From contig CADBXE010000005.1 of NCBI GenBank assembly GCA_902798595.1, positions 18,274-82,273 on the forward strand: 64,000 nt of DNA, read 5' to 3'. Position numbers and translations under genes: made by a program. The notes under the pieces are model-generated. The model made no database searches and was not told the origin of the DNA. It was given only the letters and a program-made list of their open reading frames with translations. Shown in pieces: positions 18,337 to 27,772 of the stretch. How positions within the stretch are numbered: the first letter of the stretch is position 1; each line of letters begins with the position of its first letter. The stretch comes from an uncultured Erysipelotrichaceae bacterium. GTDB taxonomy: Bacteria; Bacillota_I; Bacilli_A; RFN20; CAG-826.

Positions 18337-18888
18337 TTATTTGCTGAATAATTCTGCTAATTCTTTATTGTTGTAGTTATTAGCGCCGTATGTTTCTTTA
18401 GCGTACTTTAAGCCATATTCATAGTCTTCTTTTGTGAAGGCACCTGTGGCTTCGTTAGCAAAGATAACTTCTAAGCCGTTTTGGAAGGCATCAGCAGCTG
18501 TGTGTCTGCAGCACATATGTGTGTGTAAACCTGTAACAACAACAGATGTAACACCTAATTCTTTTAATAAGATGTCTAAGTCTGTTTGGAAGAAAGCGGA
18601 ATATCTTCTCTTTAAGATAACAAAGTCTTTTTCATCGACTGGTAATTCAGGAATGATTTCAGCACCCTTTGTGCCTCTGATAGCATGATCACCCCATAAT
18701 TTGAGTTCGAAGTCGACATCTTTTAAATGGGAGTCATTGCAGAAGATAACTGGAACGTTATTCTTTCTAGCGATTTCTAATAATTCTTGAGTTGGTTTGA
18801 CAATGGCTCTAGCGTTATCACAGCCTAAAGCGCCTGTCACGAAGTCGTTGAGCATGTCAACCACTAATACTGCGTATTTCTTGTTCAT
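18337..18888 (-). CDS. isochorismatase-family cysteine hydrolase (nicotinamidase-like)
   Basis: Residues resembling the catalytic D/K/C triad sit in the expected contexts: LVVDMLNDF, LKRRYSAF and GLHTHMCCRHT. Confidence 0.75.
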   Translation of the reverse strand: MNKKYAVLVVDMLNDFVTGALGCDNARAIVKPTQELLEIARKNNVPVIFCNDSHLKDVDFELKLWGDHAIRGTKGAEIIPELPVDEKDFVILKRRYSAFFQTDLDILLKELGVTSVVVTGLHTHMCCRHTAADAFQNGLEVIFANEATGAFTKEDYEYGLKYAKETYGANNYNNKELAELFSK

Positions 18889-18963
18889 TTTTTTCTCTAT
18901 ACCCTTCTTTAAAAATACATTGGTTATATTTTATATATAGTTGAGAGAAAGTAAAATAATTTT

Positions 18964-18995
18964 TTAAATAAAAAGACCACACTTTCGCATGGTCT
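18964..18995 (-). terminator. intrinsic terminator after gpmA
   Basis: Minus strand reads AGACCA-10 nt-TGGTCT followed by TTTTATTT. Confidence 0.6.
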
Positions 18996-19015
18996 ATATT
19001 AGTTGAGTATTTCTA

Positions 19016-19762
19016 CTACTTGGCTTTGCCTTGGTTGGCGACAGCTTCCATTTGTTTTTTGAGCTCTTCTTCGTCCATTAAGTAGTAGTGATTGATGGCT
19101 TTCATATTGTCATCGAATTCGTACACTAGTGGGACACCTGTTGGGATGTTAACACCAACAATTTCGGAATCCGCCATATTGTCGAAGTATTTGACTAAAG
19201 CTCTTAAGGAATTGCCGTGGGCAACGATAAGGACTCTCTTACCAGCTTCCATTTCTGGTTTGATAACTTCTTCGAAGTATGGAACTGCTCTCTTAACTGT
19301 TAATTCTAAGGATTCATTCAATGGTAAATCTTTTGGATCAACATCTCTGAATTGAGCTTGTAAAGCTGGGTTACGTGGATCGTCTTTTTCAAGTGCTGGA
19401 GGTGGGCAGTCATAAGAACGTCTCCAGATTTTAACTTGTTCTTCACCGTATTTAGCAGCGGTTTCGGCTTTGTTTAAACCTTGAAGAGCACCATAGTGAC
19501 GTTCATTTAATCTCCAGGATTTGTAGACTGGTAACCATTCTCTATCTAATTCGAATAAGACGTTATTCATTGTATGGATAGCTCTTTTTAATAAAGAGGT
19601 ATGAACAACATCAAAGTCGTAGCCTTTTTCTTTTAATGTTCTACCAGCGCGGTGGGCTTCTTCAACACCCTTTTCGCTTAATTCGACATCGGTCCAACCT
19701 GTGAAGAGGTTGAGTTTATTCCATTCAGATTCACCGTGTCTGATTAATACTAATTTATGCAT
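19016..19762 (-). CDS. gpmA: 2,3-bisphosphoglycerate-dependent phosphoglycerate mutase
   Basis: [10 protein letters not shown] catalytic-His motif and full-length dPGM-like sequence. Confidence 0.92.
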   Translation of the reverse strand: MHKLVLIRHGESEWNKLNLFTGWTDVELSEKGVEEAHRAGRTLKEKGYDFDVVHTSLLKRAIHTMNNVLFELDREWLPVYKSWRLNERHYGALQGLNKAETAAKYGEEQVKIWRRSYDCPPPALEKDDPRNPALQAQFRDVDPKDLPLNESLELTVKRAVPYFEEVIKPEMEAGKRVLIVAHGNSLRALVKYFDNMADSEIVGVNIPTGVPLVYEFDDNMKAINHYYLMDEEELKKQMEAVANQGKAK

Positions 19763-19900
19763 GTGTGTTTTCTCCTTTTTAATTCCGGAATCATTATACT
19801 TTTATTCTTTTTGGATACAAAGAGAAATGAGAATATTATTCATTTTTCAAACTATCGCCTTATTGAATTAAATCAATAAATGTTATTAAATAGATAGCGT

Positions 19901-21562
19901 ATGGAAGAATTAGTATTAAGTATTATTACATTATTTGTAGGTGCCGCGGTATTTATCGTTGGCATGAACATGATGTCCTCTGGTTTAAAAAAATCCACAG
20001 GACGTGGTTTAAAAAGATTATTAAAAAAGATTAGAGACAATAGATTTGCTTGCTTTGGCATTGGTACCACTGTGACAGCGTTAGTACAAAGTAGTGCTGC
20101 AACTGGTGTCATGGCTATCGGTTTTATTGCCGCAGGCGCAATGACAGTATTCCAAGGTGTCAACATCATCCTTGGTGCTTATGTTGGTACCACCGTTACC
20201 GGTTTAATAGCATCCTTATCTGCTATTTCGATTTCTAAGTATTTTGTTATCTTAGCGGTTATTGGTGTTGTCTTGATGTTCTTTAAAAAAGAACTAGTAA
20301 GAAATATCGGCGAAATCCTCGCTGGCTTAGGCATCTTGTTTTTCGGCTTAAGCACAATGAGTGGCGCTATATTGGGAAACGAGGATTTAGTAAAGGGTAT
20401 CGAGAGTTTCTTTGAAGCTGTTAAATTCCCACTACTTTTGTTATTAATTGGTGCGTTAATTACTGCATTGCTGCAATCCAGTTCTGCTTCTATCGGTATT
20501 ACTGTGGCAATGGTTAGTACCGGTGCTTTGCATTTTGAACAAGCCATGTACCTTGTTTTAGGCGCGACAATCGGTACCGTCATCACTCTTTTGATTGCAA
20601 CCATTGGTGGAAACGTCAATGTTAAACGCACTGGTTTAATCGTTTTAATCATTCGTATCTTAGCCGCTTTAGTAGCCTTAGCCATTTGCTGGCCATTGGG
20701 AAACGTCATTACCAATGGTTTCCAAACCATATTTGGTAATAACAACGCTTTAGCGATTGCTATCTTCCACGTTTTATATAATGTCATCTTTATGCTTTTA
20801 GCGTTACCACTAGTAAAACCATTAGAAAAATTATCGCTCAAGCTCATCAAAGATAAAGAGCAAGAAAAGATGCGTGAATCTCTTAAATATATTGATAATC
20901 ACTTATTGAACACTCCAACCATCGCTATGATGCAAGTCAAAAGAGAAATCATCAATATGATGAGACTTTCTTATGACAACTTAAAGATTGGTTATCAACG
21001 TCTTGTTAATCAAGATGCTACTAACGATAAAGAACTTATTGAAACAGAAGATAAGATTGATTATATCAATAATGAAATTACTCAATTCTTAATTAACTTA
21101 ACACATAACGTTACATTAAAAGATGAAAAGACATTAGGTAGCTATTTCCACGTTGTTAACGATATCGAACGTATTGGTGACCACGCTTATAACTTCTATG
21201 AATCATCTTTGAAGATGGTCGAAAACGACTTAGCGTTCTCTGACATCGCTAAAAAGGAATTCGACAGCATGTTTGATGTCGTTTGCCAAATGTTTGATTT
21301 AACATTTATCATCTTCCACGATAAGAGCAGTGATAGTTTAAGAAAACTTCATGATTTAGAAAATCAAACTGATGAATTAAAGAATGCTTTAAGTACCGCT
21401 CACTACGAGCGTATTCAAAAGAAGACATGCCACGTGGAAAACTCTCCTTTCTACACCACTTTAGTTAGTGAATTAGAAAGAGTAGCCGACCACCTTGTAA
21501 ACATTGGCTATTCAATTGTTAACCCAATTGGCGATGATCCTAGTGAAAAACTAGCTAAATAG
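19901..21562 (+). CDS. Na+/phosphate cotransporter family protein with C-terminal PhoU-like repeats
   Basis: Duplicated Na_Pi_cotrans segments (GTTVTALVQSSAATG and ALLQSSSASIG) plus two PhoU-type ERIGDHA / ERVADHL helices. Confidence 0.8.
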   Translation: MEELVLSIITLFVGAAVFIVGMNMMSSGLKKSTGRGLKRLLKKIRDNRFACFGIGTTVTALVQSSAATGVMAIGFIAAGAMTVFQGVNIILGAYVGTTVTGLIASLSAISISKYFVILAVIGVVLMFFKKELVRNIGEILAGLGILFFGLSTMSGAILGNEDLVKGIESFFEAVKFPLLLLLIGALITALLQSSSASIGITVAMVSTGALHFEQAMYLVLGATIGTVITLLIATIGGNVNVKRTGLIVLIIRILAALVALAICWPLGNVITNGFQTIFGNNNALAIAIFHVLYNVIFMLLALPLVKPLEKLSLKLIKDKEQEKMRESLKYIDNHLLNTPTIAMMQVKREIINMMRLSYDNLKIGYQRLVNQDATNDKELIETEDKIDYINNEITQFLINLTHNVTLKDEKTLGSYFHVVNDIERIGDHAYNFYESSLKMVENDLAFSDIAKKEFDSMFDVVCQMFDLTFIIFHDKSSDSLRKLHDLENQTDELKNALSTAHYERIQKKTCHVENSPFYTTLVSELERVADHLVNIGYSIVNPIGDDPSEKLAK

Positions 21563-21565
21563 CCT

Positions 21566-22342
21566 ATGGGTAAAACGCTCAAATACATTATTACAATTGT
21601 CTTAGTGGCCCTCATGGTCACTGCTTTCGTTTTATTTGAAGCTGTTCATATTGATATTATCGTTACTGACTATGAGGCTAATAGATTACTATGCAGTATC
21701 ATCTACCATTTAGTGGTGGGCGCTTTACTTCTTTGGCTTATTTATATCGTCGGTAATGCCCCTTACATGTCATTTAAATATACCAATTTAAAAAAGCTAT
21801 TGTGGTGTTTACCTTGCCTATTAGTTGCATTAGTAAATTTTCCTTATGCTGGCTTATCAACAGGCGAGATAACCATTACCCGTCCTGACTTAATGATGAT
21901 CTATATCATCTATGTCATATCCATTGCATTAATAGAAGAAATAGTCTTTAGAGGCATTCTTTTATCTTTGTGTTTAGACTATCTAAGAAACGCTAAACTT
22001 AAATACTTTTTCGCGGTTCTTATTTCCACTTCCATATTTGCGTTATTCCATCTCACTAACTTATTTGTGGGTATGAGTGTATTTGATGTTTTATTACAAG
22101 TCGGTTATACCTTCTTAATTGGTGCGATGTTCGCGGTCATGACACTTAAAACTAAGAATGTTTGGCTAAGTGTTATTATTCATGCAATATTTGATTTTGG
22201 CGGTCTATTAACACTTGAGATTGCGGATGGAGATCCTTGGGGCAATCGTGTCTTTTGGATTTTAACAATCGTCTGTGGTATCTTATGTGCGGGACACATT
22301 ATTGTGAGCCTTATTAACATGGAGAGAAAACATGCTGCCTGA
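21566..22342 (+). CDS. CPBP-family (CAAX protease / Abi) intramembrane glutamic endopeptidase
   Basis: Motifs EEIVFRG, FALFH and HAIFD in a polytopic 258-aa protein. Confidence 0.75.
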   Translation: MGKTLKYIITIVLVALMVTAFVLFEAVHIDIIVTDYEANRLLCSIIYHLVVGALLLWLIYIVGNAPYMSFKYTNLKKLLWCLPCLLVALVNFPYAGLSTGEITITRPDLMMIYIIYVISIALIEEIVFRGILLSLCLDYLRNAKLKYFFAVLISTSIFALFHLTNLFVGMSVFDVLLQVGYTFLIGAMFAVMTLKTKNVWLSVIIHAIFDFGGLLTLEIADGDPWGNRVFWILTIVCGILCAGHIIVSLINMERKHAA

Positions 22343-23168
22343 TCCACTTTTTAATTTGTTTGGCGTTGGTATTGATATGTATGCGATATGCATCCTTATT
22401 GGATTAATCGCTTGTTTTGTTTTTACATATATCGCAATGAAGAAAAGCGGCTACTCAAGTACCGCGAGAGATACAATTCTCATGATTGGTATTATTGCGA
22501 TTGCTTTGGGCTTTTTAAGCGCGACACTTGTGCAATCAATCTATGACTACATTGCCAATCCAAAAGAAGGCTTCCAATTTAATGGTAAGATGACATTCAT
22601 CGGTGGCCTTATCGGTGGCGTAATCGTCTATCTCGCTGTTTATTTCTTATACGTCTACGTTATTAATCCACGTTTAAAAGAAAGAAGTTTCTTTAAAAGC
22701 GATATGAATAAAGGCGTTTGGGAATTATTAAGATTTGCCCCTATTTCCATTACTGTCGCTCACGCTTTTGGTAGATGCGGTTGTTTCTGCGCTGGTTGCT
22801 GCAGTGGTATTGAAACTGAAGCCTGGTATGGTGTGCAATTTGCTGGTGAATTACATAAAGAAATTCCAACGCAATTATTTGAAGCGATTTTCTTATTCAT
22901 TATTACCGCGGTGATGATGGTTTTATATTTCAAATACAAATTTAAATACAATATGACTGTTTATCTTATTGGATATGGCTTCTGGAGATTCATGATTGAA
23001 TTCATCAGAGGGGACGTTGAAGAAAGAGGCAAATTTGTTCCAGGCTTAACTCCTTCTCAGTTCTGGTCAATATTAATGATTCTAGGTGGTGTTGCTTTTA
23101 CTATCCTCTATTATTATTTCGATAAGAAATACGAAGAAAAGAAAGCGCTTAAGCAAGAAGTTAAATAA
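22332..23168 (+). CDS. lgt: prolipoprotein diacylglyceryl transferase
   Basis: Lgt-like segments GRCGCFCAGCCSG, PTQLFEAIF and GYGFWRFMIEFIRGD. A GGAGAG RBS is present. The start overlaps the CPBP gene by 11 nt. Confidence 0.7.
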   Translation: MLPDPLFNLFGVGIDMYAICILIGLIACFVFTYIAMKKSGYSSTARDTILMIGIIAIALGFLSATLVQSIYDYIANPKEGFQFNGKMTFIGGLIGGVIVYLAVYFLYVYVINPRLKERSFFKSDMNKGVWELLRFAPISITVAHAFGRCGCFCAGCCSGIETEAWYGVQFAGELHKEIPTQLFEAIFLFIITAVMMVLYFKYKFKYNMTVYLIGYGFWRFMIEFIRGDVEERGKFVPGLTPSQFWSILMILGGVAFTILYYYFDKKYEEKKALKQEVK

Positions 23169-23182
23169 AACAAAGTTCAATT

Positions 23183-23218
23183 GCAGTGGGTAACACCACT
23201 GCTTTTAATTTTATTTTT
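23183..23218 (+). terminator. intrinsic terminator after lgt
   Basis: GCAGTGG-6 nt-CCACTGC followed by TTTTAATTTTATTTTT. Confidence 0.65.
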
Positions 23219-23327
23219 AATAATAAGGATTAGATAAGACGCATAAAAAGAAAAGGTGGGTGAATAAACATCTTTTTTGTTAACTAGGCTTAAATCGTCT
23301 AAAAAGTAATAAAGAGATGGATTTGCG

Positions 23328-23361
23328 CAAAATAAAAGCGAACCTCAATCGAGATTCGCTT
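23328..23361 (-). terminator. intrinsic terminator after GH3 paralog 1
   Basis: Minus strand reads AAGCGAA-12 nt-TTCGCTT followed by TTATTTT. Confidence 0.6.
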
Positions 23362-23382
23362 TTTGTTTGGTTTAGTTTTTAA

Positions 23383-26300
23383 CTATTCCGCTTTTGGTGC
23401 TTCTTCTTTCTTACGTAAAGAAGTGAAGATTACTAAGAAGCCCCAACCAACTAAGAGAACTGGAATAGCGATTTCAACAGCGCGGAAGGCAACTTTCCAC
23501 CATGCAGTCTTATAGCCGATGATGTCGACTTTAAGAGCAGCGGAGTTCGCCAAAGCGAATAAGTTGTTATGAGCACTTCTTCTCACTAAGTTAACGTCTT
23601 TAATATCAGACGCTTTAATGTAAGGAGTACTATATCTACCACTTGTTTGTAATTTTAATTCCTTATCAGCGCAGAGGTTGATATCACCACCAGCGTAGAG
23701 CATTTGTTTACTATCCATATAGAAGTCTGTATGGAAGTCACAGATAACGGAACCTTTGAAGCCCCATTCGTTCTTTAAGATGGTTGTGACTAAGCGGTAA
23801 GAGCCACCAGCCCATTCAGTACCGATACGGTTGAAGGATGTCATTAAGCCGTGGGCTTCGCCTTCCTTAACAGCCATTTCGAAAGCTTTGAGGTAAAGTT
23901 CACGCATAGCTTGTTCATCAACCCATGTGGCGATACCTTTTGTGGATCTGTGTGTTTCTTGGTCGTTAACGGCAAAGTGTTTGACGTTAGCGTAGACACC
24001 TTTTTTGGCAACACCTTTAATGAGTCTGCCAGCGAGTCTACCATTTAAGAATGGATCTTCGGAATAGTATTCTGTGTTACGGCCAGAGAATGGAGAACGA
24101 TGTAAGTTGACACCTGGAGCATACCAACCTGGGTAAGCAGAACCATCACCAGCTTCGTTACCAACTAAGCATTCGTTACCGATTGCTTTAGCTTGTTCAT
24201 CAACAAGGTTAACGTTATATGTTTGTGCCACTAAGCATTCAGAGCAGTAATAGCAGCAACCATAAATAGCTTTATCACCTAAGAAGCCAACGATACCAGT
24301 TGGGCCGTCAGCGGATGTTGTCTTTGGAACGACAACAACGTTCTTTACGCTTTCTTCACCAGTTTCTTCGTCGACGACTTTCATCTTTTGTTCGATAGCA
24401 GTTGTTGAATAACAACCATCGTTGAACAATCTGAGCATTTCTTCGAGGGTGAATTGGTTGAGGAATTCTTCCCACATTGGATCATCATATTCTTTACCCG
24501 CTAAATCTCTAAGAGTGTATTTAGCTTCAGCGCCTAATGTTGGCATCTTGGTAAATGTTTCATTGTTTGTTGTTTCTTTGGATACTAACGCATTGTATGT
24601 AGCGTCATCAAGAGCACGTTCCGCAGCAGTAATGGCTTTTGGGAATGTACCAGCGAAGTTACTTCTGGATAAGCTTTCAGCTGGATTCATATGTGCTGTT
24701 ACTTCTGGGAATAATGGTTTAACTTCATAACCGGTAGTTGGATCTTTATCAATCTTAATATCGGCGGCTAAATTCTTTTTGAATTGGCCGAAGGAGTTAT
24801 GGGCATCTGTACCAGCGTAGAAGGTGTAATCACCTTTTTCTAATTCATAGCCTTTGAAACCATTGGCGTTTTTGTCTTGAGAATCGAAGCTAGCAACATC
24901 GTATGGATTAACTTCAATTTCAACTGTATCTGTTTCGTTTTTCTTTAATTCTTTTGTTTTGGCAAAGCCCACTAAGACTTTGTGTGCTTTTTCAATACCA
25001 CCGTTGGTGTATGGAGCAGAAGCGTAGAGTTGAACAACTTGCTTACCAGCAACATTACCGGTGTTCTTGACTTTGATAGAGACTTTGAAGGTTTTATCGT
25101 TACCTTCAGCATCTTTACCAAATTCTAAAGCGGTGTTATCTAAAGCGGAAACATTGGTAATTTCTTCAGAGAATTCTGTGTAGCTTAAGCCATAACCGAA
25201 TGGGTAAACAACGTTCTTGCTGTACCATTCTTCACCGTCGATATGACCACGTGTTTCATAGTATCTATAACCAAGATAGATACCTTCTTCATAATCAACT
25301 GTGTAGTATGGAGAAGCATCACCATTTCTTGTGTAGTTATCAGTACCTTCTGGGTTTTGGTAGGATTTGTTACCACCAAAGTTTTGCCATGTTGGATCGT
25401 TTTCATAACCTGTGTAGACAGTATCGACTGTATGACCGGATGGATTAACTGTACCATTAAGGATTTCACCTAATGCCATGATACCATTAGCGCCTGGGCT
25501 ACCAATATTGATAACGGCATTAACATATTTACCGAAGTCATTATAATCTTTAGCGTTTGTTCTTTCGTATAAGAATCCTAAATCAATATAGTTAGAACCA
25601 TTGAGTAAGATAACAATCTTTTTGAACTTCTTAGAAGCGGCAACTTGTCTGATTAATTCTCTTTCAGCATTATCTAGTTCAAGATAATGACGTTCATCAC
25701 TATCAGTGGCTTTTCTTGGGAGGTCCCAACCTTCACCAGCGATACGTGAGAAAACGATAAGAGCAGCGTCACCATAGTTATCATATGATTTTTTTACAGC
25801 GTCTGTGTACTTGGCATATGGTGTTTCACCAGTTTTCAAAACTGGGACTTTTTGTTCACCAGTCGCATTTTCCATGCCTGGATCATCACTACGTTTTTCT
25901 TGTTTGTTGTAGAAATCCCACATTTCTGGATTAACGGAGAATCCAACTTCTTTTAATGAGTCGTTGATTGTTTTTCTCCAACCATATTTTTTGTTAATTT
26001 TTTCGTCTTTGCTCTTACCTGGAGCGGCAGAACCAGAACCACCATAAACCAAATCAACGGAGTTTCTACCGAAGACTGTCACTTTTGCGCCTTTAGCAAG
26101 TGGTAAGGCATTATCATCATTTTTAAGAAGAATCATACCTTCTTCACAAATTTCCTTTGTGACTTTGTTAGCGTTTTCGAAAGCTTTTTCTTTGGTATCA
26201 GCATCAAAATCCAAAACGAAGGCATTACCTTTTTGATTTGGATCTGGGATTGGAGTGTCACCACCTAATTCGGTGGCTTCGATTAATTTGACGTATTTGT

Positions 26301-26403
26301 TCATCGCGAAGTAGTCTGCGGCAATGAGTACACCAGTGAGAACCACTGTGGTCGCTGCCCAGGCAATAACGCGAGGTCTTAATAACTTTTTAATAAAGCC
26401 CAT
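23383..26403 (-). CDS. glycoside hydrolase family 3, domain-permuted, with N- and C-terminal TM helices (1006 aa)
   Basis: The order is alpha/beta-sandwich (ILLKNDDNALPL, FGYGLSYT), then Fn3-like (VQLYASAPYT), then TIM barrel (NLHRSPFSGRNTEYYSEDP, KHFAVNDQETHR, GFKGSVICDF). Confidence 0.8.
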   Translation of the reverse strand: MGFIKKLLRPRVIAWAATTVVLTGVLIAADYFAMNKYVKLIEATELGGDTPIPDPNQKGNAFVLDFDADTKEKAFENANKVTKEICEEGMILLKNDDNALPLAKGAKVTVFGRNSVDLVYGGSGSAAPGKSKDEKINKKYGWRKTINDSLKEVGFSVNPEMWDFYNKQEKRSDDPGMENATGEQKVPVLKTGETPYAKYTDAVKKSYDNYGDAALIVFSRIAGEGWDLPRKATDSDERHYLELDNAERELIRQVAASKKFKKIVILLNGSNYIDLGFLYERTNAKDYNDFGKYVNAVINIGSPGANGIMALGEILNGTVNPSGHTVDTVYTGYENDPTWQNFGGNKSYQNPEGTDNYTRNGDASPYYTVDYEEGIYLGYRYYETRGHIDGEEWYSKNVVYPFGYGLSYTEFSEEITNVSALDNTALEFGKDAEGNDKTFKVSIKVKNTGNVAGKQVVQLYASAPYTNGGIEKAHKVLVGFAKTKELKKNETDTVEIEVNPYDVASFDSQDKNANGFKGYELEKGDYTFYAGTDAHNSFGQFKKNLAADIKIDKDPTTGYEVKPLFPEVTAHMNPAESLSRSNFAGTFPKAITAAERALDDATYNALVSKETTNNETFTKMPTLGAEAKYTLRDLAGKEYDDPMWEEFLNQFTLEEMLRLFNDGCYSTTAIEQKMKVVDEETGEESVKNVVVVPKTTSADGPTGIVGFLGDKAIYGCCYYCSECLVAQTYNVNLVDEQAKAIGNECLVGNEAGDGSAYPGWYAPGVNLHRSPFSGRNTEYYSEDPFLNGRLAGRLIKGVAKKGVYANVKHFAVNDQETHRSTKGIATWVDEQAMRELYLKAFEMAVKEGEAHGLMTSFNRIGTEWAGGSYRLVTTILKNEWGFKGSVICDFHTDFYMDSKQMLYAGGDINLCADKELKLQTSGRYSTPYIKASDIKDVNLVRRSAHNNLFALANSAALKVDIIGYKTAWWKVAFRAVEIAIPVLLVGWGFLVIFTSLRKKEEAPKAE

Positions 26404-26420
26404 ATATTTTCACCTAAAAC

Positions 26421-27524
26421 CTAGTCTTTATCACTCTTATCCATTTGTGATAATTTTGCATCTGGCCATGTGATTTGGCTGTCAGAGAAGACTTTGATGC
26501 AGTCAACAACTGGAGCAGTAGAAGCGATTGTGCCATTAAGAGTATCTTTGTTGTTAACAAGCATTTGAATTGTATTTTTGCCAGCTTGTAAGCTAACTGT
26601 GGCACTTAACATGAAGTCTTGGAAAGTAATAAATGTCTTTGGAATGATGTTGTGAATTGTTTGTGTGCCATATTGGAGAGCAACACCGTTCACTGTCACT
26701 TTGTAAGAATCTTGATCATAAACTTCAGAAACTCTATCTTCACCTTCGCCTTGGAAAGCTTGATAAACTTCATTAAGACCATATTCACCAGAAACTCTCA
26801 TGAAGATGGTAACGTTTTCAGCGGCCACATCACTTTCGAGTTCCCATGTTAATGTATTGCCGTTGACATAGTTATAGTGGACGAAACCACCAAAGACTGA
26901 TGGAGCGGTATCTGGGTTAGCTAAATCAGCAGCTTCAGCGTAACGGGCAACACCTTCTGTACTTCTAATATAGAGACCGGAAGCACCGAATTCGTTAGCA
27001 GCGCCTTTTTCGTCATAGTAGTCTCTACCAATTAAACCTTGACCAGCTTGACCACCGGAATAAGTAACACCATCCATACCTGGGGTGCCATCTTTACCTA
27101 TTCTTTCGGTGATGTCTTTACAAAGTTCTGCTTCAAATACTTGAGCTTCTTGAGTTGCAGGAACGAATAATGGTTTTAATTCAACATTGTCCATGACAGC
27201 GCTGAGCGTTCTGTCTTCAAAGTTCCAAATTTGGCCACCGTTTTTAACGTTCATCCAGCCATAGAATTTTTTGCCAGCTGGAGCGGTTGGTTCTGCAGGT
27301 TTGGTAATTGTTTCACCAGCTTTAACTTTGGCATTGCTAATTTCAGCACCATCAGCACCAACGATCTTGACATCGTATTCTGGAATGACTTCTACATCAC
27401 CAGTACTATCAGCAGAAGATTTTGGTTTTGATGGTTTCTTAGTGGTTTCACCACCACAAGCAGTTAATGTGAGAGATGCAACCATCATGCCTAAGAAAAG
27501 CATTTTGTTTTTGATATTTTTCAT
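26421..27524 (-). CDS. lipoprotein with a Listeria-Bacteroides-type repeat and a CBM6/35-like carbohydrate-binding module
   Basis: Lipobox LTLTA-C. KFYGWMNVKNGGQIWNF resembles the Flg_new/List-Bact repeat. The C-terminal ~230 aa start FEAE... and look like a beta-sandwich CBM. The gene ends 17 nt before GH3 paralog 1. Confidence 0.55.
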   Translation of the reverse strand: MKNIKNKMLFLGMMVASLTLTACGGETTKKPSKPKSSADSTGDVEVIPEYDVKIVGADGAEISNAKVKAGETITKPAEPTAPAGKKFYGWMNVKNGGQIWNFEDRTLSAVMDNVELKPLFVPATQEAQVFEAELCKDITERIGKDGTPGMDGVTYSGGQAGQGLIGRDYYDEKGAANEFGASGLYIRSTEGVARYAEAADLANPDTAPSVFGGFVHYNYVNGNTLTWELESDVAAENVTIFMRVSGEYGLNEVYQAFQGEGEDRVSEVYDQDSYKVTVNGVALQYGTQTIHNIIPKTFITFQDFMLSATVSLQAGKNTIQMLVNNKDTLNGTIASTAPVVDCIKVFSDSQITWPDAKLSQMDKSDKD

Positions 27525-27534
27525 ATTTGATGTT

Positions 27535-27586
27535 TTATTCGGATAACCCTAGACTTAACTGCCGAATAAACTTCTCCTTTCTAGGG
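27535..27586 (-). promoter_or_regulatory. structured 5' leader with two interleaved perfect helices (pseudoknot topology)
   Basis: CCCTAGA (27547-53) pairs with TCTAGGG (27580-86). TTATTCGG (27535-42) pairs with CCGAATAA (27562-69). The arms alternate as B1-A1-B2-A2. Confidence 0.4.
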
Positions 27587-27700
27587 ATATATAATCAAGC
27601 CCCATCTTAATACGAACGATTTAAGATGAAACTTTATTAACAATTTTATAAGCATTAATAGCATACCACTATGTTCGCGTAATGTATATGCATTAATATG

Positions 27701-27734
27701 CATGAAACTGCTAGGGCCAGTCCGACCCTAGCAG
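27701..27734 (-). terminator. hairpin after GH3 paralog 2 (weak U-tract)
   Basis: CTGCTAGGG-9 nt-CCCTAGCAG is a 9-bp stem. The minus-strand tail is only TTTCATG. The plus-strand side has a T-run, so it may act bidirectionally. Confidence 0.4.
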
Positions 27735-27772
27735 TCTTGCATGTTTTTTAGTTAGAAATTATTTTCTAAAAA

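Noticed and set aside
19826-19844. Imperfect palindrome AATGAGAATATTATTCATT between gpmA and the Na/Pi transporter gene, reminiscent of a Fur/Zur-type 7-1-7 box
   Set aside because: Only one half-site matches the TGATAAT consensus well, and the other needs an indel. AT-rich intergenic DNA produces such near-palindromes readily, and no metal-related gene is adjacent.
20179-20850. 223-aa minus-strand ORF inside the Na/Pi cotransporter gene, and many similar 60-130-aa ORFs nested in other genes (for example 3184-4524, 24422-24730, 42123-42923)
   Set aside because: Each is fully contained antisense or out of frame within a well-supported longer gene. They have odd composition and no RBS, and such ORFs are typical of AT-rich genomes.
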